A stretch of 64,000 nt of DNA from a virus (taxonomy: Duplodnaviria > Caudoviricetes): positions 26,592-90,591 of IMG/VR virus record IMGVR_UViG_3300021399_000130. One strand, 5' to 3'. A program made the position numbers and the translations under genes. This document shows positions 38,321-45,878 of this stretch, one piece after another. The first letter of the stretch is position 1. Every line of letters begins with the position of its first letter. The notes under the pieces were generated by a model, which worked only from the letters and a program-made list of their open reading frames with translations, searched no databases and was not told the origin of the DNA.

Positions 38321-38438
38321 GATACAATGATGATGGGTCCGCCAGACAGTCATCGTTAACATAGAAGTGTAACGGGAGAAATTCCGCTTATGGCACCTAT
38401 CTTAATTCTGGCGGGTTTTGATGGGTGCCATTTTTTTT
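38321..38438 (+). ncRNA. Candidate kissing-loop small RNA A
   Basis: Hairpin AATGATGA/TCATCGTT; GAAA-tetraloop hairpin CGGGA/TTCCG; terminator ATGGCACCTATC/GATGGGTGCCAT plus T run; loop CCGCCAGA (38339-46) complementary to loop TCTGGCGG (38407-14). Confidence 0.7.
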
Positions 38439-38466
38439 AAAAGATTTTTTACAAAACCCGCAAGTT

Positions 38467-38482
38467 TGACACGGTTTTTGTA
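38467..38482 (+). promoter_or_regulatory. Promoter motif upstream of the methyltransferase
   Basis: TGACACGGTTTTTGTA, variant of the TGGCACGGTTTTTGCA family. Confidence 0.45.
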
Positions 38483-38515
38483 TAAAGAGTATAGAAACAT
38501 TGAAAAATTAGAATT

Positions 38516-39763
38516 ATGGAAGCACCTACAAAGAAACCCAACATTAAGCTCCCAGAAGGAATGGAGCTCGTATGGAATTCTGTTACCGAAAGATGGGCAA
38601 TGCGTCCGGTTCCGGGTTACTCTACCATTTATCTTGACAAGAATTCCTTTATCCCCAAATCAACCGAAGAAAGGAAAGAAGCAAATAAGGATAAAGGCGC
38701 TGGTAAAACAAAAAATGGAAAACTCCACAAGGCAAAAAGAGACAAAAATGATGAATTTTACACTCGTCTTGAGGATATCACTGATGAGTTGAAACACTAT
38801 GGTAGAGAATTTTTTGAAGGAAAAGTGGTTTATTGCCCATGCGACAAGGCATTCAATCTTGGCCGCAGTAATTTCTTCACTTTCTTTACCTCTCATTTCC
38901 TTGATTGGGGTCTCAAAAAGCTTGTTGCCACCCAATACGTTGAAGGCGGCCGTGGATGGATGTGGGTTATTGAGAAAGGTGACATTAACGGCAACGGCTA
39001 TATTGACGAGAGCGAGATTGACACTTATCAACTTACTGGTAATGGCGATTTCCTGAGTGAAGAATGTCGTAAAATTATGGATGAGAGTGATGTGGTTGTG
39101 ACAAATCCCCCGTTCTCTCTTTTCCGGCCTTTTGTCAATCAGCTTGTTGAGCTGAACAAGAAGTTCCTTATTATTGGTAACCAGAACGCCATTACCTACA
39201 AAGAAATTTTCCCCCTTATAAAGGAAAACAAAGTTTGGCTTGGTTACCACAATAATGCGACCTACATCTTTGAAAGCCCAAACGGAAACATTCTTGAATC
39301 CAACCGGGAATACGTCAAAGCACATGGTTTGGACCCCGATAAGTATATCAAAGTACCAAGTGTTTGCTGGTTTACTAACCTTGAACACAACAAACGAAAA
39401 GAAGACCTATATCTTGGCAATACTTACTTCGGGCATGAAAGTGAATACCCGAAGTATGATAACTATAACGCTATTGAGGTCAGTAAAGTAGCAAACATTC
39501 CGGTTGATTACAATGGCGTAATGGGTGTTCCGATTACTTTTCTTGGTCAATATAACCCGGAACAATTCGAAATTGTCGGATGCGCGGATGCGGATATCCT
39601 CCCTGATGGGTGGTCCGGCATGACTAGTGAATTTGTTGAGCTTTATTACAAACAAGGAAACACTGGTCAATACAAAGAAGGAAACAGACTAACCCATTAT
39701 GTTAGCCCGGAAGGAAAAGCAATAGTTCCTTTTAAGCGAATTCTCATCCGTCGCAAGAAGTAG
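38516..39763 (+). CDS. Adenine-specific DNA methyltransferase, EcoRI-methylase family
   Basis: NDEFYT, KVVYCPCD, GDF.SEEC, DVVVTNPPFSLFR, FLIIGNQNAITYKE, PKYDNY.AIEV, GVMGVPITFL. Confidence 0.9.
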   Translation: MEAPTKKPNIKLPEGMELVWNSVTERWAMRPVPGYSTIYLDKNSFIPKSTEERKEANKDKGAGKTKNGKLHKAKRDKNDEFYTRLEDITDELKHYGREFFEGKVVYCPCDKAFNLGRSNFFTFFTSHFLDWGLKKLVATQYVEGGRGWMWVIEKGDINGNGYIDESEIDTYQLTGNGDFLSEECRKIMDESDVVVTNPPFSLFRPFVNQLVELNKKFLIIGNQNAITYKEIFPLIKENKVWLGYHNNATYIFESPNGNILESNREYVKAHGLDPDKYIKVPSVCWFTNLEHNKRKEDLYLGNTYFGHESEYPKYDNYNAIEVSKVANIPVDYNGVMGVPITFLGQYNPEQFEIVGCADADILPDGWSGMTSEFVELYYKQGNTGQYKEGNRLTHYVSPEGKAIVPFKRILIRRKK

Positions 39764-39773
39764 TCTCATCATT

Positions 39774-39815
39774 GGGTTGCCACCAACGGCAATTGTGGTC
39801 GGCAACCTATTTCTT
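39774..39815 (+). terminator. Intrinsic terminator
   Basis: GGGTTGCC / GGCAACCT stem followed by ATTTCTTT. Confidence 0.65.
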
Positions 39816-39854
39816 TAAGATTTTTTCTTGATTTTTTAGATAGTTTTGCTGGTT

Positions 39855-39870
39855 TGGCATAGTTTTTGCA
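39855..39870 (+). promoter_or_regulatory. Sigma54-like promoter motif
   Basis: TGGCATAGTTTTTGCA upstream of the DUF262-HNH gene. Confidence 0.5.
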
Positions 39871-39906
39871 GTATAACTTACGGTTAATTTTGTAAAATTT
39901 AAGAAT

Positions 39907-41298
39907 ATGGCTAGAAGTAAATTTTATGGCTTTCGCATGGTGCAGCAGGAAAAAAGCGCACTTGTAATCAAAGAATTGAAGAATGTAACGCTCGGCGAAC
40001 TAGCTGAAGGGTATGTTGACAACTCCGAAAATGTTGGTGGAGGTGTGTTTGCTTGGGGTGGAAAACTCATTGTTCGTCCCGAGTTCCAGAGGTCATTCGT
40101 TGTTGACGGAAACTATGAGTGGCAGACAAACCTGATTGACTCCGTTCTGAACCATAAACCAATAGGACTTATGTATTTCGGAATTGAGAGCGAGAAGAAG
40201 GATGTTTATTACAATATTGATGGGCAGCAGAGACTTATGACACTTCTGTCTTTCATTAAAGGTGAGCTCGCTCTTCCTATGATTAAGGATGATGGAACAA
40301 CCGAATCCGTTCTTTTTAATCAGATGCCAGAAGAATGGCAGAGAACCATCAAACAATATACGCCCCTCATTAATGTGTGCATGGGCTCAGAGGAAGAACT
40401 CCTGAAGTGGTTTAGGACTATCAATCAGCCGGTTTGTATCCTTACCGACCAAGAGCTTCGCAATGCGGCCTATAACGGTGTGTGGTGCGAGATTGCTAAA
40501 AGAGCGTTCTCAAAATCCAAAACGACTGAAAAGCCGACCGCAATGAATGGTTTTGTAATGGCCGAAAATAGTCGTTATTACTACGGAAACTATGCCCCCA
40601 AACTTAGCCCGGAAAGGCAGGATGTTCTTGAAATGGCTATTGATTGGATTACGAAATCAGTTTATGGGAGTAGCATCAAAACGATGAAATCGGCTGGCAT
40701 TGACCCAATTGAATGTTACATGGCAGAACATCAGCATGATACAAACGCGGATGAACTTATCAACCACTATAAAAGCGTGGTCGACTGGATTTGGGACGTC
40801 TTCTTCCATGATGGTGCACCGAAAAACTGGCAGTCTGTCCGTTCTCAGGATTGGGGTCGGTTGTACGCCGAATACAAGGATATGCCTCTTACTGAGGAAC
40901 AAAAGATGTATATCAGTAAGCGTACGAAGGAAATCGTTGGTTATGGCGCATCCGTATACCAGAAGACCGACGGCATCTACGAGTGGGTTCTTCGTGGTGA
41001 AAAGAAGGAAGAAGAAAACACCTACCTCCATCTCCGTGGGTTCTCTCCCGAAGATAAGAGTGCCATGTACAATGCCCAGGATGGTTATGACCCGATTGAC
41101 GGACAACATTACGATGTGGCCGATATGCATGCCCATCACATCAAGTCGTGGAGAAGCGGTGGAGATAGCAAGTACGACAATCTCGTCTGGCTCTCCAAAG
41201 AAACGCACAGGAAACTTCATGCCGGAGACCTCGGAATCAGTGGAGAGGAACTCAAGAACTTGCGTGACGAGCTCATCAAACGGAACAAATCCAAATAG
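39907..41298 (+). CDS. DUF262 (GmrSD-like) domain plus C-terminal HNH endonuclease
   Basis: RPEFQRSFV, LIDSVL...PIG.MYF, IDGQQRLMTL, F..INQ....LT.QELRNA; C-terminal AHHIKSW..GG.S..DNL..L....H. Confidence 0.85.
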   Translation: MARSKFYGFRMVQQEKSALVIKELKNVTLGELAEGYVDNSENVGGGVFAWGGKLIVRPEFQRSFVVDGNYEWQTNLIDSVLNHKPIGLMYFGIESEKKDVYYNIDGQQRLMTLLSFIKGELALPMIKDDGTTESVLFNQMPEEWQRTIKQYTPLINVCMGSEEELLKWFRTINQPVCILTDQELRNAAYNGVWCEIAKRAFSKSKTTEKPTAMNGFVMAENSRYYYGNYAPKLSPERQDVLEMAIDWITKSVYGSSIKTMKSAGIDPIECYMAEHQHDTNADELINHYKSVVDWIWDVFFHDGAPKNWQSVRSQDWGRLYAEYKDMPLTEEQKMYISKRTKEIVGYGASVYQKTDGIYEWVLRGEKKEEENTYLHLRGFSPEDKSAMYNAQDGYDPIDGQHYDVADMHAHHIKSWRSGGDSKYDNLVWLSKETHRKLHAGDLGISGEELKNLRDELIKRNKSK

Positions 41299-41317
41299 TT
41301 CCGTCAAGTAATAACGA

Positions 41318-41352
41318 ATAATCCCAGGTTCCGTAAAGGTTCCTGGGATATT
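41318..41352. repeat. Repeated terminator-like hairpin (copy 1; copy 2 at 45578-45612)
   Basis: ATAATCCCAGGTTCCGTAAAGGTTCCTGGGAT vs ATAATCCCAAGTTCCGTAAAGGTTCTTGTGGT. Confidence 0.75.
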
Positions 41353-41355
41353 CTT

Positions 41356-43152
41356 TTATCTTCCGCCAGATGAATAACAGTTCACAAGGCATTTAATCTG
41401 GTCTGAATTATGTCCCGGTATCTTGTCTAACAATGCATCAATGGAAAGTTTCAATGTCGCACCACTGTTCATGTCCTCGTCAAAGATAAGGAAGTTTGAA
41501 TTAGACAGACTGTTGAACAACTCACCGTTCTTGTTGAGGTTTTTGCTTGCCACGACATATACATTGGACAAGAACTTTCTTTCACGTTTATCAAAGTCCG
41601 TTACCTTGAATTTCTTGCTAGCGACGTTCAGTTTTACACCCGTCTCGGTCATCAACTTATCTTCATAGGAAAGGATGAGCCTGTGCATCTCCGACAACGC
41701 GGCTTGATATTCCCTCATGATGGACCTTGAATGAACGATTTCGTTAATCCGTTCTTCAATTTCCGGATTTTTAATCGTTCCGCCACCGAAGTCCTTGTTT
41801 GCCAGTTTGAAGCATATCTGTTTGTAAAGATAATCGGTGTTTTCGGCGCCAAGATTCTGTATGAGCGCATTTGCTGACATCTGGCACAACACGGTCCTGA
41901 TTGCAGAAAGGTCATAATTCACGCCACGACGCTTCCTGATACCGGAGAATTGTTCAGGGTGAGCATTTACAAGTTTCACCATCGGTTCAGCCACAATAAG
42001 TGATATTTCGGCAGCAACTTCACTTTTCACTTTCGTCTTGAATGCGAATATATTGCTCTCCGTCATTCCAGCGTTCCTCATACCTTCTTCATCACATCGC
42101 ACCTCTGTCACGTTCCTCTCATAGAAGTTGTCAATGTATGGTATTCCGAGCTTCCTGGAAAGGTTTGTGCAGTAGTATTTGTTGTATTTTGAGCTGGAAG
42201 GCGGGGCTATAATCACATCCGGTTTATAACCAACTTCTTTCAGTACTCTAGCCGCATATATGATGGACTTGTCAAGGAACTGGGTGAAAGAAGTGTAGTT
42301 TTCGTCCCCAAGGCCATACTGTTTCTTGTAGTGTTCTGTATCCGGAGCCATGGTAGATGCATCAAGTGAGAAATTGTTTGCCACGTCTGGAGTAAGTCCA
42401 TTGTCATATGTTGCTGGTATTCTCTTCAATTGTCCGCGTCCCTTACCATAAAGCTTGTCTTCTCTACTGCGGTCGTTTGATTTTTTAATGCCGAGCAATT
42501 TATCCGTAAGCCCGTTCTGCCTAAATTGACCGTGCTTCGTGACATCGCTGAAATTAAAATCGTTCATTCTATAAAGGGAAATGAACTCAACGTTTGTTTC
42601 TGGGACCGTTCCAACATCGTACCTGAAATCCTTGCCGTTATCAGAAGCGAGGGCGGAAAATCTGTCGACTTTGTTTTGACTTATTTCCTTATCCAGATTA
42701 ATTCTGTCATATGAATTTTTCGCCCAGATAAGCATATCTTCGGCTGTCATTTCGCCCTCGTTAAAATCCCGTATATGTCTCATGAAAGCCGATTTGGACT
42801 GTGCATCTTCTATATCGTTAACAATTGCTGGGTCTATTTTATTGGCGCCAGAATTAAGAATCTCAATGATTTTTAAATAACCGTTCTTTGCTGCCTCCAA
42901 ATTAGCTTGTTTTTGTGCAACCGACTTGCTTCTTTTACCAAGAGTCCCATCTCCGTACAGGACATCATTCTTTGAGCCCCATATCCTTGTGTCGACCTCC
43001 TTATTTGCCTTATCAGTCTGTAGGCTGTTGATTCTCGCGTCTATGGTTCCATTTCCGTTTGACTTGTATGTAATACCCTCCCGAATCAACTTATTCACGG
43101 CCGATTCAATCATATAACGGAGGTCAGATTCTGTTAAAATTACTTTTTTCAT
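41356..43152 (-). CDS. Tagged putative virion protein with C-terminal phosphoribosyltransferase-like domain
   Basis: Leader MKKVILTESDLRYMIESAVNKLIRE|G; DVIIAPPSSS, LSRKLGIP, NFLIFDEDMNSGATL (PRPP loop); late motif at 43163. Confidence 0.7.
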   Translation of the reverse strand: MKKVILTESDLRYMIESAVNKLIREGITYKSNGNGTIDARINSLQTDKANKEVDTRIWGSKNDVLYGDGTLGKRSKSVAQKQANLEAAKNGYLKIIEILNSGANKIDPAIVNDIEDAQSKSAFMRHIRDFNEGEMTAEDMLIWAKNSYDRINLDKEISQNKVDRFSALASDNGKDFRYDVGTVPETNVEFISLYRMNDFNFSDVTKHGQFRQNGLTDKLLGIKKSNDRSREDKLYGKGRGQLKRIPATYDNGLTPDVANNFSLDASTMAPDTEHYKKQYGLGDENYTSFTQFLDKSIIYAARVLKEVGYKPDVIIAPPSSSKYNKYYCTNLSRKLGIPYIDNFYERNVTEVRCDEEGMRNAGMTESNIFAFKTKVKSEVAAEISLIVAEPMVKLVNAHPEQFSGIRKRRGVNYDLSAIRTVLCQMSANALIQNLGAENTDYLYKQICFKLANKDFGGGTIKNPEIEERINEIVHSRSIMREYQAALSEMHRLILSYEDKLMTETGVKLNVASKKFKVTDFDKRERKFLSNVYVVASKNLNKNGELFNSLSNSNFLIFDEDMNSGATLKLSIDALLDKIPGHNSDQIKCLVNCYSSGGR

Positions 43153-43231
43153 AATTCAGTACTATAAATATCTTCCAGAATTTGTTTTTCTGATACAATT
43201 TTTGTATTATACACACATAAACAATAAGATT

Positions 43232-43546
43232 ATGACAGAAGAAAAAGTAAAGAAGCTCATTGAAAGGTGTAAGAGGTCCCTTGAACTATTTGTAGAATCT
43301 GGAAACGAATATGAGTTTGATTCCTACAATATCCTGGTCTCACTAATTGACGATAACTGGGAGTACGGGTACGGGGACTATACCTTCAGATATGAATCAA
43401 CCGATGATTTTTTTAAAAACGCCGAGAACGATATCCTTTCTTACGACGGTTTTGACGATGTTACATCTGTTGCTGTCGACATTGCCTATTTTGACAAGGA
43501 CTACCCGGAAGATGAGGAAAGAGTGGATTTTGATGAGATAAACTAA
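43232..43546 (+). CDS. Acidic hypothetical protein
   Basis: ATG MTEEK within ORF 43202..43546. Confidence 0.65.
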   Translation: MTEEKVKKLIERCKRSLELFVESGNEYEFDSYNILVSLIDDNWEYGYGDYTFRYESTDDFFKNAENDILSYDGFDDVTSVAVDIAYFDKDYPEDEERVDFDEIN

Positions 43547-43591
43547 AATGATAGGTTTGTTTTTTAAAAGTATTTTTGTACTATATATAAG

Positions 43592-43709
43592 GTAGAAATA
43601 TAAATCACCACATATCGTGAAGGGCTATGTGGGAATAAGAGATATAATACGGCAGGAGCAATCTTGTGGCGCCCTTCACTTTAGCTGCGAGATTGTTTCT
43701 GCCTTTTTT
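43592..43709 (+). ncRNA. Candidate kissing-loop small RNA B
   Basis: Hairpin CCACATA/TATGTGG with loop GTGAAGGGC (43617-25); 20-bp terminator stem (43651-70 / 43684-703, five G-U pairs) with loop GCCCTTCAC (43671-79), plus T6. Confidence 0.75.
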
Positions 43710-43733
43710 GTTATAACTGTTAAACAAGCATCT

Positions 43734-44540
43734 ATGTTTAAATCACCATTACGTTATCCTGGCGGTAAAAACAGGTTAGTTAAAATAATAAGCGAGTTAG
43801 CCCCAAAAGACTTCCTTGAATATCGTGAACCATTCCTTGGTGGAGGGAGTGTCTTATTAAAGATGATGGAAGATTATCCCGGGAGAAGATATTGGGCAAA
43901 TGACCTGTATTATGATTTGTTCTGCTTCTGGAATATGGCTCAGAAAAACCCAGAAGAGCTCGTTTCTAAGATAAAGGTAATCAAAGACAGGTGGTCCGGG
44001 GATGGGAAAGGTCTCCATAGATATCTGGTTGATAATATCGCCACGATGTCCCCTATTGATAAAGCGGCTGCGTTCTTTGTGTTGAACAGGATAACATTTT
44101 CCGGGACAAGCTTATCCGGCGGTTTCTCCAAGTCAGCTTTTGAGACCAGGTTTACCGATAGCAGTATAGAAAGACTAATGTCAATGGGACAGGTATTGCA
44201 GGGAAAAGATTTGACTATTACGAATGAGGACTTCTCCTCTGTTTTGACTGGGGGTGATAGCTCAGTTTTCACATTCTTAGACCCGCCGTATTATAGCGCA
44301 ACAGATTCTGCATTATATGGAAAAAATGGTGAATTACACAAAGGATTTGACCACGAGAGACTGGCTGATTCATTAAAAGATTGCAATCACCGTTGGCTTA
44401 TGACTTATGATGACTGCGAATATATTAGAGAACTATATAAAGATTTCAACATCAAGGAGTTTGAACTTATGTATGGGATGCGTAACGTAAGTAAAAACGC
44501 AGACATGAAAGGAAAAGAGGTTTTTATTTTTAACTATTAG
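43734..44540 (+). CDS. D12-class (Dam-family) N6-adenine DNA methyltransferase
   Basis: KSPLRYPGGKNRL, EPFLGGGSV, NDL, FLDPPYY, WLMTYDD; specificity not determinable. Confidence 0.9.
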   Translation: MFKSPLRYPGGKNRLVKIISELAPKDFLEYREPFLGGGSVLLKMMEDYPGRRYWANDLYYDLFCFWNMAQKNPEELVSKIKVIKDRWSGDGKGLHRYLVDNIATMSPIDKAAAFFVLNRITFSGTSLSGGFSKSAFETRFTDSSIERLMSMGQVLQGKDLTITNEDFSSVLTGGDSSVFTFLDPPYYSATDSALYGKNGELHKGFDHERLADSLKDCNHRWLMTYDDCEYIRELYKDFNIKEFELMYGMRNVSKNADMKGKEVFIFNY

Positions 44541-44547
44541 AAAAAAT

Positions 44548-45438
44548 ATGGCAAAAAAGGCATCAAAAAATGAAAAAAATCTTATGAAAATCTTTCCAAA
44601 AGGTCTAGTCTTTTATTATAAAGACCGGTTTTGGAAAGTTATTGACGTAGGTAAACCAAAAACTAATGGCGGTGGTGGAGAACCAAAAACTGATGTATAT
44701 ATTAGGTTTAATGTATACGAAAATGAACATATGCTCAAAAAAAACTTTATTACTCAAATTATTGAAACAAAAATTTCTCTAAAAGCAACCAATGCTGATT
44801 TTGTTGAAAACAAAATGATATATGAACGGGCTAGACAAATTTTTAAAGAAAATACTGATATTGTATTAAAAGAAATACTTGAAAAAATATACGAAGGTGA
44901 TTCCGAGGGTTTTTTAAAAATTATGAAAGCTGGTCGGACAGATAAAAAGCACGGAAACGGCTTATTCTTAGGAATGAGAATAGACTTTATGTCTCAGCCT
45001 AATGGAAAAAAAAGCTGTTCATATCCGTTAACCAGGGAGCAGAAAAGAGAAATTTTTACTGGTTCTACACTTGAAGAGTCTAAGAGAAATGCAATTGTTA
45101 ATGGTGTTATTATTGAGAATTCTGGTGTTGCTAATAAATATTTAAAAATGGATGTACAGGGGAATGAAACGCCACAAGAGATACTTGATAACTTAATATC
45201 ACTAGAAGCGGATTCTCCTTTTTATGATGAAGTTGAACTTTATCCGACACTTAAAGGATGCTATTATTATCCCGATGATGGATATTGTGAAGGAAAAAGA
45301 GCACTTATGATAAGCGTAAATTACTCTTATGATGGTGCAAATAAAACTTTTATTCCAGAAGGGTTAAATTTTGATAGTCCATTAAAATATACAACAAAAG
45401 ATGCTATCCAGAACCTTAAGACGTTAGAAGTTATGTAA
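44548..45438 (+). CDS. Putative cognate type II restriction endonuclease (PD-(D/E)XK)
   Basis: EPKTDVYI...ETKISLKATNADFVENK; 7 nt downstream of the MTase; visibly more AT-rich than the flanks. Confidence 0.6.
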   Translation: MAKKASKNEKNLMKIFPKGLVFYYKDRFWKVIDVGKPKTNGGGGEPKTDVYIRFNVYENEHMLKKNFITQIIETKISLKATNADFVENKMIYERARQIFKENTDIVLKEILEKIYEGDSEGFLKIMKAGRTDKKHGNGLFLGMRIDFMSQPNGKKSCSYPLTREQKREIFTGSTLEESKRNAIVNGVIIENSGVANKYLKMDVQGNETPQEILDNLISLEADSPFYDEVELYPTLKGCYYYPDDGYCEGKRALMISVNYSYDGANKTFIPEGLNFDSPLKYTTKDAIQNLKTLEVM

Positions 45439-45443
45439 AACGT

Positions 45444-45472
45444 AACCCGACCCCTAAAAGGTCGGGTTTTTC
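45444..45472 (+). terminator. Intrinsic terminator
   Basis: AACCCGACC / GGTCGGGTT plus T tract. Confidence 0.8.
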
Positions 45473-45510
45473 TATTTGACTATTTTACAGATAATCACTT
45501 TTTTATATAA

Positions 45511-45613
45511 AACAACAGGTATCCACACCGCCTGCACTGGATATCCTATAAGCAATATGAAGACGGGCACCTATCGTATAATCCCAAGTTCCGTAAAGGT
45601 TCTTGTGGTTTTT
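45511..45613 (+). ncRNA. Candidate small RNA C
   Basis: TTGACT promoter-like sequence at 45476; hairpin AGG-TATCC / GGATA-T-CCT (45518-45547); terminator hairpin 45578-45612. Confidence 0.4.
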
Positions 45614-45642
45614 ATTTATATTGCTACTATTTATAGTATCCT

Positions 45643-45867
45643 ATGACAACAATTCATTTAAATAATAAAGACCTCCACACGATGATAAGAGAGGCGGTTG
45701 AAAGACTCCGTGAAGAACATATGAATCAAAAGAAAATTGAATTGGAACCCAATTACAAATTTGTTCATAAAGCAGTCAAAAAAGCCCTCAGAGAAGCTTT
45801 ATCATCTCAAGCGAATACGAATACATTTGGAACAAGAAAGTCCCGTAAAAACGATTTCTGTGCATAA
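45643..45867 (+). CDS. Small tagged putative head protein
   Basis: MTTIHLNNKDLHTMIREAVERLREE leader; late motif at 45626. Confidence 0.6.
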   Translation: MTTIHLNNKDLHTMIREAVERLREEHMNQKKIELEPNYKFVHKAVKKALREALSSQANTNTFGTRKSRKNDFCA

Positions 45868-45878
45868 GGAGACAAAGT

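Noticed and set aside
38326-38333. Box C-like ATGATGA at the start of element A (TIGR/snoRNA-like guide)
   Set aside because: There is no box D (CTGA) partner or tandem array, and the motif is fully explained as a stem strand.
38660-41311. Long antisense or alternate-frame ORFs (38418..38792, 38660..39388, 40657..41307, 40700..41311, and similar ones over MCP, portal and core genes)
   Set aside because: They are shadows of well-supported genes with biased codon usage and show no motifs, starts or promoters of their own.
43617-43733. GTG-initiated N-terminal extension of the Dam-family MTase in the ORF track
   Set aside because: It runs through element B and its terminator; family homology begins at MFKSPLRYPGGK (ATG 43734).
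6805-44540. TAG-to-Gln recoding as in Lak megaphages (read-through at 7243 and 36087 would give neat ATGA overlaps)
   Set aside because: Long genes (700-960 aa) have no in-frame TAG, and TAG stops at 39761 and 41296 are followed directly by terminators, so standard code 11 fits.
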